IMG/VR virus record: IMGVR_UViG_3300027367_000243
Location: 1 to 60,066 of that record
Length of the DNA stretch: 60,066 bases
From: a virus
Taxonomy: Duplodnaviria > Caudoviricetes
Strand: one strand, 5' to 3'
Made by a program: the position numbers and the translations under genes. Of the stretch, positions 30,467-39,308 are shown one piece after another (the stretch's first letter is position 1; every line of letters begins with the position of its first letter). Under the pieces are notes generated by a model. That model ran no database searches, was not told where the DNA came from, and saw only the letters and a program-made list of their open reading frames with translations.

Positions 30467-30555
30467 TCTGGCTTTAAGGTTAAAGACATAACTTATATGC
30501 ACTCTTCTAGAAAAGGTTTCATGTGGTACAAATAAAATCTAGATAAATAATAAGT

Positions 30556-30581
30556 AAACAATTCCTATTTTAATTATATAA
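30556..30581 (+). promoter_or_regulatory. AAAC-N17-TATAA promoter-like motif heading the oxygenase/glycosyltransferase genes
   Basis: AAAC 30556-30559, TATAA 30577-30581. Confidence 0.6.
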
Positions 30582-30600
30582 CAATTAAACATTAATTTCG

Positions 30601-31227
30601 ATGAGTAACGTAACATATACATTTGATCAAAAAGAAAACGATCCACAACAATGGTATTGGTTTAAAGAAGGTCTAACTAAAGAAGAAGTAGAAAGGGTTA
30701 TCCAAATGGCCGCTAAATTACCACAAGTAAGAGCTACGACTATTGGTGATGATGGAGATACTAAAGAGGCTACTGAAAATAGATCTTCTATGGTAAAGTG
30801 GATTCCACAAACTAATGAATGGGACTGGTTATATGAAAGGCTTATTGGTATGGCTCGTGAGGCAAATGATAACACATGGGGCTTTGATTTAATGTCTGCG
30901 CCTGAAAATATTCAATATACAGAATATTATGCATCTGAAGAGGGACATTATGATTGGCATCAAGATATTGGCGCTGGTGAATTACCTTCTAAAAGAAAGG
31001 TTTCTATTACTTTACAATTATCAGCAGATGATGAATATGTAGGTGGTGAATTGCAACTTACTGGAGGTGGAGATGGAAATGGAGGTATAATTGAATCAAC
31101 AACACTACCAAGAGGTAAAGGTGTTGGTGTTTTATTTCCAAGTTATATGATGCATAGAGTTAGTAAAGTTACTAAAGGAGTAAGAAAGTCTTTAGTGCTT
31201 TGGGTAGGTGGAGCTCATTATAGATAA
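30601..31227 (+). CDS. 2OG-Fe(II) oxygenase (prolyl-hydroxylase-like fold)
   Basis: YDWHQD (HxD), RKVSITLQL, Y.GGEL, FPSYMMHRV..VTKGVRKSLV.W. Confidence 0.88.
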   Translation: MSNVTYTFDQKENDPQQWYWFKEGLTKEEVERVIQMAAKLPQVRATTIGDDGDTKEATENRSSMVKWIPQTNEWDWLYERLIGMAREANDNTWGFDLMSAPENIQYTEYYASEEGHYDWHQDIGAGELPSKRKVSITLQLSADDEYVGGELQLTGGGDGNGGIIESTTLPRGKGVGVLFPSYMMHRVSKVTKGVRKSLVLWVGGAHYR

Positions 31228-31228
31228 T

Positions 31229-32323
31229 ATGAAAATACTATTTTGGATAGGTTACACGTCTTATACGTGGGATGGAAATACAAAGACTGGCCTAGGAGGT
31301 ACAGAAATAGCAGTGATTAATATTGCAGAAGGCTTAGCAAGACATGGATATGAAGTTACTGTATCTGGTACTGTTAATAATGCAAGAGTTAATAATGTAG
31401 AATGGATTGACATAAATAATTTTACAGAAAAGTATTCGAATCTACCAAATCACTTTGATACACATGTTGGAGTAAACTATATTAACTTCATAAAATATGC
31501 AAAGGATGCTAATCAAGATAATGCATTTAAAATATTTTGGATGCATAATACAGATTACTATGATTATTACCAAGGCTCTAATCTAGAAAACCACACAGAA
31601 TTACTTAATACAGTGGATGTAATATTTGCTCCTTCTGCTTTTGCAATTAATGCAATATCACCACAGATAATAAATAATGGTTATTTAGGAGCAGTTAAAG
31701 TAATGCCTAACGGAATCAATCTAGATAGTTTTAGAGCTAATGTTCAAAAACAACCTGGTAAATTTATATGGTCATCAGCAGTCGATAGGGGTTTAGCAGA
31801 ATTATTAGATTATTGGCCAAAGATAAAAGAGGCAATACCTGGAGCAACACTCGACGTATATTATCCAGCATATTCAGATCCACATTTAGAAGGATGGTAT
31901 AATATACATGGGGTTTTAGATAAGCTTAAAGCTACTAAACATTTAGGAGTTACAGAAATAGGAAGTGTATCTCAATCCGAATTACATATAGCCATGCAGA
32001 AGGCCACATATTGGATGTACCTAACTCAATATGAAGAAACATTCTGTATTACAGCATTAGAAATGATGGCGGCTGGGGTATTACCAGTATGCTCAAATAA
32101 AGCAGCATTAGCAGAAGTAGTACAAGATGGTATAATAATACCAACTGCTGATTATGAAACAATGTTTAATATGGCGATAAAAACATTAGGCGGGATTAAT
32201 GTTGACATTAAACGAAAATCAATACATGCGGCCAAAGAAAGAGTAAAATTATTCACATGGGATAATGCTACTTCAAAATGGTTTAGCTTTTTACAATACG
32301 ATAAAAAACAATTATGGAAATAG
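31229..32323 (+). CDS. GT-B (GT4-like) glycosyltransferase
   Basis: GLGGTE, WMHN, PNGI, SS..DRGL, EETFCITALEMMAAG; probable start ATG 31229. Confidence 0.85.
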   Translation: MKILFWIGYTSYTWDGNTKTGLGGTEIAVINIAEGLARHGYEVTVSGTVNNARVNNVEWIDINNFTEKYSNLPNHFDTHVGVNYINFIKYAKDANQDNAFKIFWMHNTDYYDYYQGSNLENHTELLNTVDVIFAPSAFAINAISPQIINNGYLGAVKVMPNGINLDSFRANVQKQPGKFIWSSAVDRGLAELLDYWPKIKEAIPGATLDVYYPAYSDPHLEGWYNIHGVLDKLKATKHLGVTEIGSVSQSELHIAMQKATYWMYLTQYEETFCITALEMMAAGVLPVCSNKAALAEVVQDGIIIPTADYETMFNMAIKTLGGINVDIKRKSIHAAKERVKLFTWDNATSKWFSFLQYDKKQLWK

Positions 32324-33606
32324 GAAAAATATACATTGTCAATTCCGGCAGTCAAGCGGAAGAAAGACAACAACATTTAGTAAACAAATTAGAAAAGTGT
32401 AACTTTATATCGAATACATTATTTGAAGTTATTAATGTACAAGAGTTTCCAGAAGGTTTACCAGAAGGATATAAAGTAGGACCTGTTGAAATGTCGACAG
32501 AAGATATTAACGAAACAATCACACATAGAATGATATGGGAAAAGATTGTATTTGATGGTATTGATAACGTCTTAATTTTAAAAGATAATTTTCTTTGTAA
32601 TAATTCAATTTCACAATTACCATTTCCAGATGATACAGTAAAATGGGATCTTGCATTTCTTGGTAGGGCTGATTTTACTCATAATGATTTAGTTAGTATT
32701 GATGATAATTGGGTTAGACCACAATCAATAGGAGCTATATCAGGTTATGTAATTAATAAAATAACAGTAGCACCATTATTACTATCTGCCGGACTTAAAG
32801 AAAACTTAGTTCCAATCGATAAGTTTTTAAGTGCAACATGTTATCCATATCTTCCTGAGGAAGAAATCCAAAATTTATTTAAATCAGGACTACAAGCTAT
32901 TGGAACTAAAATACCTGACTATATTAGTTATTCCAGTGGAAAAGTTAAGCCTGATCTTGAAGAAGTTAAAGCAACTATAACAGATGAACCATATTACGAA
33001 ATATTAGATGACGCTAATTGGGATGTATGGAAAGAGAAATATGTAAACTTGTCAGTATCAAAAGGCGAGTGGGATTTAATGGTTGATGATAAAGGCGATA
33101 ACATTTATGAATTTAATTTATTTACACCTAAATTCTGTAAAGACGCAATTGCATTAGCAGAATCTAAAAATAAATGGACGCAAGATCGACATGAATTTTA
33201 TCCTACTAATGATGTACTATTACCAGAGCTTGGATTAAATGATATTTACAATAAAGTATTAGATGAAATAGTTAGACCACTCTCGATTCATCTATGGAAA
33301 CTTGAAGGTAAATCTTGGGACGCATTCTCAAATGAAAACTTCATGGCTATTTATACTACTGATAGACAATCACATTTATCATTACACCATGATCGAAGCC
33401 ATTTAACATTAGTAATAAAATTAAACGATGAATTTAGCGGAGGTGGAACGTGGTTCCCTAAATACCAAAAGCTAATTAATCCAGAAGTTGTGGGTACTGC
33501 AGCACTTCATCCTGGAATGGTAACACACCAACATGGTGCTAGGCCAATAACTGCAGGTAAGAGATACATTATAGTATCATTTATTAGAACACACGATAAT
33601 CCATAA
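32314..33606 (+). CDS. GT25-like domain fused to PLOD-type (procollagen lysyl hydroxylase-like) 2OG-Fe(II) domain
   Basis: C-terminal PTNDV, NFMAIY, LSLHHDRSHLTL, FSGGGTWF, GTAALHPGMVTHQHGARPITAGKRYIIVSF parallel the PLOD catalytic domain; N-terminus IYIVN...H..IWEKIV...VLIL. Confidence 0.8.
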   Translation: MEIGKIYIVNSGSQAEERQQHLVNKLEKCNFISNTLFEVINVQEFPEGLPEGYKVGPVEMSTEDINETITHRMIWEKIVFDGIDNVLILKDNFLCNNSISQLPFPDDTVKWDLAFLGRADFTHNDLVSIDDNWVRPQSIGAISGYVINKITVAPLLLSAGLKENLVPIDKFLSATCYPYLPEEEIQNLFKSGLQAIGTKIPDYISYSSGKVKPDLEEVKATITDEPYYEILDDANWDVWKEKYVNLSVSKGEWDLMVDDKGDNIYEFNLFTPKFCKDAIALAESKNKWTQDRHEFYPTNDVLLPELGLNDIYNKVLDEIVRPLSIHLWKLEGKSWDAFSNENFMAIYTTDRQSHLSLHHDRSHLTLVIKLNDEFSGGGTWFPKYQKLINPEVVGTAALHPGMVTHQHGARPITAGKRYIIVSFIRTHDNP

Positions 33607-33615
33607 ACAAAATAA

Positions 33616-34044
33616 ATGAAAAAAGAAATAACATTTAATAAAATAGTTGGAGATGATGGGCATTTAGTCTCTCCAGTATTAAAGAACGATTGCAAGAATT
33701 ATTTAATTGATATTGACGGTACAATTACTGATGATGTACCAAACGAAGAACCAGAAAGAATGTCAGTAGTTATGCCATATCAAGGTGCTGTAGAAACGCT
33801 TAATAAATGGTTTGACGAAGGACATGTTGTAACATTCTTTACTTCAAGAACAGAAGACGTAAGAGATATTACAGAAACATGGCTAAATAAACACGGCTTT
33901 AAATACCATGGTCTGTTAATGGGTAAACCAAGAGGTGGTAATTATCATTGGGTGGATAACCATATTGTCAAAGGTACAAGGTACGAAGGCAAATGGGCAG
34001 ACCTAGTTAGAGAAGAAAGAACGATAGAAGTATTTCCTTCATAG
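33616..34044 (+). CDS. HAD-superfamily small phosphatase
   Basis: DIDGTI, FFTSR, MGKPRGG..WVDN. Confidence 0.75.
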   Translation: MKKEITFNKIVGDDGHLVSPVLKNDCKNYLIDIDGTITDDVPNEEPERMSVVMPYQGAVETLNKWFDEGHVVTFFTSRTEDVRDITETWLNKHGFKYHGLLMGKPRGGNYHWVDNHIVKGTRYEGKWADLVREERTIEVFPS

Positions 34045-34052
34045 ATATATAC
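34044..34052 (+). promoter_or_regulatory. GATATATA putative late promoter
   Basis: Immediately upstream of ATG 34056. Confidence 0.45.
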
Positions 34053-34055
34053 TCT

Positions 34056-34979
34056 ATGATTAAAGATTTTCAAACATTCCTAAACGAACGTAATGGTGAA
34101 TTGCACAAAGTTATTATGTGTGTCTCTACTGAGATTACAGATTTTAAGTATGTTGTAGACAAAACCTGTTTCGCTAATAAATATTTAGAATTATTTACTA
34201 AAGGTGATGAGCCTAAAGTAGCTGAGCTACCTGTAATTAATTTTTGTAATATTCATACCGATAAATTACTAGACGCAGGAACTCCAAAGGAACTTATCTA
34301 TAATCCTAAAGAGAAGAAGATGGAAATCGCATCGAAAGTAAAATGGCATAAGACTCATAAAGATTCTGACCATGTGCCTAATACAGTTTCAGATGCAAAA
34401 AAATTAGATCAGCTAGAATTTCCAATCATTGCAAAACCTGATAATAGATTTTCAGGACAAGGTATAATTAAAATTGATACACTTGAGGATGCAATGGATA
34501 TGGATCTTTCTGATTTTGAAGTTTTTAGCGAGAAGATAGACATCGCCGAAGAACATAGAATAATGATGTGGAGAGGTGAGCCTGTTATGTGGGTACAAAG
34601 AGTACACGGTAACGAGGAGACCAAAAAGATGACAAAGAAAAAAGAAGACAAACTATTGTTTTTATATGTCCTAAAGGATTTAACTACAATGCCGAAAGAT
34701 TGGCAACCTGTATTTGATGAAATGGCAAAGGCCCATAAGGACCTAGACATATATTCAATAGATCTTATGGTTGACAGTGATGGAAAACCATGGGTAGTAG
34801 AGATGTCCTCTGAGTTCGCTCCTCTTTTTGGTGTAATGGCACAATTCTACAAAAAAGTCTATCACGATTATTATGGTAAAAAATTAAATCCGGACGACGA
34901 AGCTCAGGTAGATATGTACCAAAAGAAAGATGTTGATACTACAATCAACTTTGACAAAAAAAGATTTAGCGTAGAATAA
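34056..34979 (+). CDS. ATP-grasp (RimK-like) ligase with putative capsid-targeting N-terminus
   Basis: FPIIAKP....GQGI, EHRI, SIDLM....KPWVVEM; N-terminus MIKDFQTFLNE. Confidence 0.65.
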   Translation: MIKDFQTFLNERNGELHKVIMCVSTEITDFKYVVDKTCFANKYLELFTKGDEPKVAELPVINFCNIHTDKLLDAGTPKELIYNPKEKKMEIASKVKWHKTHKDSDHVPNTVSDAKKLDQLEFPIIAKPDNRFSGQGIIKIDTLEDAMDMDLSDFEVFSEKIDIAEEHRIMMWRGEPVMWVQRVHGNEETKKMTKKKEDKLLFLYVLKDLTTMPKDWQPVFDEMAKAHKDLDIYSIDLMVDSDGKPWVVEMSSEFAPLFGVMAQFYKKVYHDYYGKKLNPDDEAQVDMYQKKDVDTTINFDKKRFSVE

Positions 34980-35218
34980 TGGGAAAACCAAACTACCAAT
35001 GTATGCATATAAATGTATGGGTACATCACATGGACATAGATCCACTATTCGATTTTTTGAATGGTAGGATTAAAGAAATACCTAATTGGTATCTAAGCGA
35101 ATCTAAATGTCCTCCTTCCATAACCGGCGGTTATGTTCAGGCGGCACTTTCTTTTGAAGCATATTCACTTTTGTCTTCCCATAAAGACTGGGAAGCTTCA
35201 GCAGGTTGGATGACTTAA
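34979..35218 (+). CDS. hypothetical protein
   Basis: 79-aa ORF, TAATG coupling. Confidence 0.6.
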   Translation: MGKPNYQCMHINVWVHHMDIDPLFDFLNGRIKEIPNWYLSESKCPPSITGGYVQAALSFEAYSLLSSHKDWEASAGWMT

Positions 35219-35228
35219 AACAACAATT

Positions 35229-35333
35229 ATGAAAAAAGATGAAAGAAAAGATTACTTATTAAACCACAAAGGCAGAAAGTACAAAGCCGATAGTTTTATA
35301 GGATTAATCTGGAAGTTTATTAGAAACAAATAA
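35229..35333 (+). CDS. small basic hypothetical protein (34 aa, not in ORF track)
   Basis: MKKDERKDYLLNHKGRKYKADSFIGLIWKFIRNK. Confidence 0.45.
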   Translation: MKKDERKDYLLNHKGRKYKADSFIGLIWKFIRNK

Positions 35334-35349
35334 GACTTCGAACGTATAA
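35324..35349 (+). promoter_or_regulatory. AAAC-N17-TATAA promoter-like motif
   Basis: AAAC 35324-35327, TATAA 35345-35349. Confidence 0.55.
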
Positions 35350-35350
35350 G

Positions 35351-35380
35351 AACTGTCTAGTTAACGCTAGGCAGTTTTTT
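35351..35380 (+). terminator. intrinsic terminator-like hairpin
   Basis: aactgtctag-ttaacg-ctaggcagtt plus T tract. Confidence 0.7.
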
Positions 35381-35402
35381 AGTATTAAAGGAAATTAAAG
35401 AT

Positions 35403-36134
35403 ATGTACACATTAGAAGAATTAAAGCAGATGATTTTCATCGACATTGAAACCGCAACTCAGAAAGAGACGTTTCAAGAAGTAATTGACGAGAACTCAGA
35501 ATTAGAACAATACTGGGATTTAAAGACCATGCAACTGGTACAAAAGAATCCAGTTGAATTAGCAGACTTTTCAGATCCACATAAGATGTGGCCTCGAATG
35601 GCTGGATTAAATCCAGAATGGGGTAGAATTGTTTGTATTTCAGTTGGTCAGATTCAATTTGATGAAACAGGCTTTCCTAATGGTTTTAAGGCTGTCTCAT
35701 TCAATGGCACCGATGAACATAAGATACTAAAGGATTTTCAGGATATGTCCTCTAAGGTCATGCAAAAGTACCCAGGGATGAAATGGGTAGGCCACTTTAT
35801 CAAAGGGTTCGATATGCCGTATATTATTAAAAGATCGTTAATTAATGGAGTTGCTGTTCCTAGGCATTTTCATTTGCATAAACAAAAGCCATGGGAGAAC
35901 TGCTTACTTGATACAAAAGAGACATGGCAATTCGGAGGTTGGGATTCCGCTAAACTAGGACTCATATCAGAAGTCCTAGGCATCCCATCTCCAAAAGATG
36001 CAATGTCCGGTTCAGAAGTATCTGAATATTATTGGAATGAGCGACATGAAGAGATTAAAACATACTGCGAAAAAGATATTAAGGCTACTGCAAATGTCAT
36101 ATTAAAAGTTGCAGGCCTTCCAATTTGTCACTAA
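35403..36134 (+). CDS. PolB-like 3'-5' exonuclease (DEDD)
   Basis: FIDIET, GHFIKGFDMPY, LDTK..W, YCEKDI. Confidence 0.85.
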   Translation: MYTLEELKQMIFIDIETATQKETFQEVIDENSELEQYWDLKTMQLVQKNPVELADFSDPHKMWPRMAGLNPEWGRIVCISVGQIQFDETGFPNGFKAVSFNGTDEHKILKDFQDMSSKVMQKYPGMKWVGHFIKGFDMPYIIKRSLINGVAVPRHFHLHKQKPWENCLLDTKETWQFGGWDSAKLGLISEVLGIPSPKDAMSGSEVSEYYWNERHEEIKTYCEKDIKATANVILKVAGLPICH

Positions 36135-36238
36135 GATTTCTACAAAAGGTGACGTATTGTCATAAAAACAACTTTGGTATAGTTCTTTCACTATAGTTAC
36201 TGTGCATGTTGCACATAAAACTAAATAAACATTAAAAT

Positions 36239-36613
36239 ATGTACTTAACAAATTTATCAAAACTAAACAACGGATCATTTCATGATGCATTCGATTCATT
36301 CTTTAACTTCCCAACTGCTAGAAAAGACTGGGACACATTAGGAATTACTGGACCTGACTATAAAGTAGGTGATGATTCTGTAATGGTTAGCCTTCCAGGA
36401 TTTAGCAAGAAGGATATTAACCTAGAAGTTGAAGGTTCAATCTTAACGATTAGTGCAGAAGAAAAAGAAGATGGCTTTACAAAGGCATTTACTAAGCAAT
36501 TTAGATTTCCAAACACAACTGATATGGATTCGCTTTCAGCTGCAATGAAAGATGGCATCTTAACACTTAACTTTACTAGCTCGGATAACAAGAAGACGAT
36601 CTCTATTAAATAA
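36239..36613 (+). CDS. small heat shock protein (Hsp20)
   Basis: LPGFSKKDI, LTISA, A.MKDGILTL alpha-crystallin motifs. Confidence 0.9.
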   Translation: MYLTNLSKLNNGSFHDAFDSFFNFPTARKDWDTLGITGPDYKVGDDSVMVSLPGFSKKDINLEVEGSILTISAEEKEDGFTKAFTKQFRFPNTTDMDSLSAAMKDGILTLNFTSSDNKKTISIK

Positions 36614-36627
36614 AATAGAGATTTCTT

Positions 36628-36693
36628 CAAAATAATTGCCATATAATTTTTTTATGTCAGTTATTTTTCGTATATTAGTACTATAATTAAAAA
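36628..36693 (+). promoter_or_regulatory. conserved ~65-bp upstream element, copy 1 (putative early promoter)
   Basis: caaaa..tgcc......tttttttatgtcaRtt.tttttcgtatatt.g.act.taattaaaa, four copies in window. Confidence 0.75.
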
Positions 36694-36700
36694 CATTTAC

Positions 36701-36997
36701 ATGAGCGAAGAATTTAATATTGACGATTATCTAAACGATCCGGAATTCGAAAATAAAATGGAAGCATATAGAGATCGTATGATTTTTGAAGCTATTGATG
36801 CTAATTATGCAAATATTAAAAAGAATGGAATTTCTGACTGGCAGCTAAGGCACATGGAAAAACAAGAGATCGTAGAGCTAAAAGAGACTCTGTCTTTCAT
36901 GATGAAACACTATATTGACCTAGAGCAATATGAGCGATGTGGCCTACTAAAATCTGAGCTTGATAAGCTAGAATCTCATTTAGAGCGAGTTTCTTAG
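36701..36997 (+). CDS. small protein with C-terminal UVR-like motif
   Basis: YIDLEQYERCGLLKSEL. Confidence 0.6.
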   Translation: MSEEFNIDDYLNDPEFENKMEAYRDRMIFEAIDANYANIKKNGISDWQLRHMEKQEIVELKETLSFMMKHYIDLEQYERCGLLKSELDKLESHLERVS

Positions 36998-37005
36998 ATA
37001 TATAA

Positions 37006-37083
37006 CTTAACACACTTCCATAACGGCGGTGTGGGCCCCCGAAATGAACCCGTCGAAGACCTAGTGTTTTCGCGGGTTTTTTT
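37006..37083 (+). ncRNA. candidate small structured RNA
   Basis: GC-rich island between a GATATATAA motif (36997-37005) and a terminator-type hairpin; no meaningful ORF. Confidence 0.4.
37047..37083 (+). terminator. intrinsic terminator
   Basis: aacccg..cgaaga...ttttcg.cgggtt plus T tract. Confidence 0.7.
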
Positions 37084-37098
37084 ATTGATATATAACCT

Positions 37099-37542
37099 AT
37101 GAAACATATTCAAACATATAACTCATTTTTAAACGAGAAGATAGAAAGATCTTACTCTATTATTAATGGTAAGAAGATTGAATCTGATTGGGCTGGTTCT
37201 ACAGATAGCCTAAAAGATTTTATTAAGCTAATAAAAGGAATACCTGAAACTTTAGAGTCTATTAAAGTTCAAACAGGTACTTCTTCTTTTAACCCAGAAT
37301 CAGTAGGGATTGATGGACCGTTTAATTCTTCAAAAATTAATAAGGTAATTAAATTGGTTAAAGATGCAGATAAAGCATTTGATAAGAACGACGAAGTAAT
37401 ACACACTTATTTGTTATCATCATATTATGGAGCTGGCGGTAAAAACCACAACTCCGATCCTGCATATATTTCATACAGAACTAAAAGAAGCGATGATTTT
37501 GGAAAAGCAATGTCATCAGGTAAACACGGAAGCTTAGACTAA
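37099..37542 (+). CDS. putative head-internal protein
   Basis: N-terminus MKHIQTYNSFLNE; GATATATAA at 37087-37095. Confidence 0.55.
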   Translation: MKHIQTYNSFLNEKIERSYSIINGKKIESDWAGSTDSLKDFIKLIKGIPETLESIKVQTGTSSFNPESVGIDGPFNSSKINKVIKLVKDADKAFDKNDEVIHTYLLSSYYGAGGKNHNSDPAYISYRTKRSDDFGKAMSSGKHGSLD

Positions 37543-37814
37543 TGAAACATATTAAACTATTTGAAAACTTCGCAGACGATAATCCGGATCTAGAAAGATC
37601 TAGACATTTTAAAGGTAGCATCTTAGATTTACATTCATGGATGAGTCGTAAAGCAAAAGAGACAGGGCATAGTGGTGAAACAAATCCATATAAAGACACT
37701 ATAATGGTTAATGGACCGCATAAGGGATCAAAAGATGAGACATTACCTTATCAAGATTTTCAAAACGGTAAGTCAGACTTAATTAAGAACAGACATGGAC
37801 GACAAAATAGCTAA
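37542..37814 (+). CDS. putative head-internal protein
   Basis: N-terminus MKHIKLFENF. Confidence 0.55.
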   Translation: MKHIKLFENFADDNPDLERSRHFKGSILDLHSWMSRKAKETGHSGETNPYKDTIMVNGPHKGSKDETLPYQDFQNGKSDLIKNRHGRQNS

Positions 37815-37959
37815 AGACATAGCCAAACAACTTAAAAGAATTGCAGACGCACTAGAGGCTAAAGCAAAGAGAGATGCTGTAACTGAAAAGCGTCAAGCCA
37901 AACTTGAATCTTTACAAGTTATGGAAATTAGAAAGAACGCTGCTAATACTAGTAGCTAG
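37795..37959 (+). CDS. small coiled-coil hypothetical protein (54 aa, not in ORF track)
   Basis: MDDKIAKDIAKQLKRIADALEAK...; fills the gap before the J-protein gene. Confidence 0.55.
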   Translation: MDDKIAKDIAKQLKRIADALEAKAKRDAVTEKRQAKLESLQVMEIRKNAANTSS

Positions 37960-38765
37960 TGAGTCATTATCAAACCCTTGGTGTAGATAAAACGGCTCCT
38001 CAAGCAGAAATCAAAAAAGCTTATAGGAAACTCAGTATGCAACACCATCCAGATAAAGGAGGTGATACTAAAAGATTTCAAGAAATTGCCGATGCTTATG
38101 CAATCTTAGGCAATGATGGAAAGAGAGCAGAATACGATGCTGTTAGTGAAAATCCATTCGGCAACATGTTTAATAACATGGGAGGCATGGATGGTAACTT
38201 CTCAGATTTATTTAATAATGTATTTGGACAACAACAGCAACGCCAACAAAAAGGTAATGATGTTAGAGTCGATATGCATATTACTTTTATGGAATCATTT
38301 ACTGGTTGCAGTAAAAGATTTAACCTTAATGGTGAAGATCATACTATTAATTTAAAATCCGGTGTTAGAACTGGACAGAAGTTTAGATTAAAAGGTAAAG
38401 GACAAGCACATCCATTTAATACACAATTACCAGCCGGAGATCTTATTGTAATAATTCATGCACAATTGTCAGCTGAATATATTATTGACCAAAATAATGA
38501 TGTATGGATAGATGTAACATTACCGTGGTATGACATAATGACAGGAACTAAAATAACCATCAATACTTTAGATGGTCCTATTTCTATTACAGTGGCAGAA
38601 GACACAACACCTGGAAAGGTATTAAGAATAAAAGAAAGAGGTTGGCCAAATTACAATACACAAATGCGTGGATGTTTAATGGTAAAATTAAATCCTAGCT
38701 ATCCTGAACTAAACGAGACACAACTTGAATATATAAAGAAAGTAGGTACCAATACAAATGGATAG
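37959..38765 (+). CDS. DnaJ/CbpA-like J-domain protein without zinc finger
   Basis: J-domain with HHPDKGG; C-terminal GDL.V and LRIKERG motifs. Confidence 0.9.
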   Translation: MSHYQTLGVDKTAPQAEIKKAYRKLSMQHHPDKGGDTKRFQEIADAYAILGNDGKRAEYDAVSENPFGNMFNNMGGMDGNFSDLFNNVFGQQQQRQQKGNDVRVDMHITFMESFTGCSKRFNLNGEDHTINLKSGVRTGQKFRLKGKGQAHPFNTQLPAGDLIVIIHAQLSAEYIIDQNNDVWIDVTLPWYDIMTGTKITINTLDGPISITVAEDTTPGKVLRIKERGWPNYNTQMRGCLMVKLNPSYPELNETQLEYIKKVGTNTNG

Positions 38766-39036
38766 ATATTTTAGAAAAAATAACAATAGGCGATCTAGAG
38801 ATAGATGGGATATTATCATCGAAGGTTTGATGGTTAGTAATAAGGCACAGTTTTTTGCTTTATTATATCAAGCAATGATTGAACATCCAACCTATGTTAT
38901 TTTATCTGACATGCCGTTAGAGCGTAAGCTAGAAATTTTAAATGGTATGATGATGCATTACGAAGAGAGAGAAGATTTTGAGAAATGCGGAGTATTGCTG
39001 GAAATGCAACAACAAGTAAACAAGAATTTATGTTAA
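38758..39036 (+). CDS. small protein with C-terminal UVR-like motif
   Basis: HYEEREDFEKCGVLLEMQ. Confidence 0.6.
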   Translation: MDRYFRKNNNRRSRDRWDIIIEGLMVSNKAQFFALLYQAMIEHPTYVILSDMPLERKLEILNGMMMHYEEREDFEKCGVLLEMQQQVNKNLC

Positions 39037-39230
39037 TAATAAAACTAGAAGGAAAGAAAACCAATATAGAAAAGGCTTTAAAACAATTAAAGTCAAAAGT
39101 TATCAGAACTAAGCAATCTAAAAAACTTAGAGATAACAAACATTTTTCTAAACCATCTGAGAAGAAAAGGCTAGCTAAAGGCAAGGCCATCTATTTACAA
39201 AAGAAGTGGGACTTCGAAAATCAAGACTAA
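39030..39230 (+). CDS. rpsU: ribosomal protein bS21 (Bacteroidota-like)
   Basis: MLIIK...NIEKALKQLKSK...LR...FSKPS.KKR...KAIYLQ; probable start ATG 39030. Confidence 0.85.
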   Translation: MLIIKLEGKKTNIEKALKQLKSKVIRTKQSKKLRDNKHFSKPSEKKRLAKGKAIYLQKKWDFENQD

Positions 39231-39308
39231 TTTAAGGATAGTATAATATACTAATAATTTTACCCTCGCATCATAGCGATATGAGAGGAGGTAGCTAAAT
39301 ATATAATC

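Noticed and set aside
30601-31227. Assigning this oxygenase as the collagen prolyl 4-hydroxylase
   Set aside because: Pro in the fibres is mostly in the X position rather than Y, and this oxygenase family is common in phages without collagens; substrate left open.
8564-33606. Giant eukaryotic virus (NCLDV) origin because of collagens and a PLOD-like enzyme
   Set aside because: Overlapping operon-style genes, intrinsic terminators, bS21, ClpP and S74 chaperones point to a bacteriophage.
37006-37083. tRNA gene
   Set aside because: No cloverleaf, T-loop consensus or acceptor stem; I saw no tRNA elsewhere in the window either.
39261-39298. AGGAGGT SD-like sequence in a weak hairpin after rpsU
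   Set aside because: It is 16 nt from ATG 39309, too far for a canonical SD, and a late-like AATATATAA lies between them; function unsupported.
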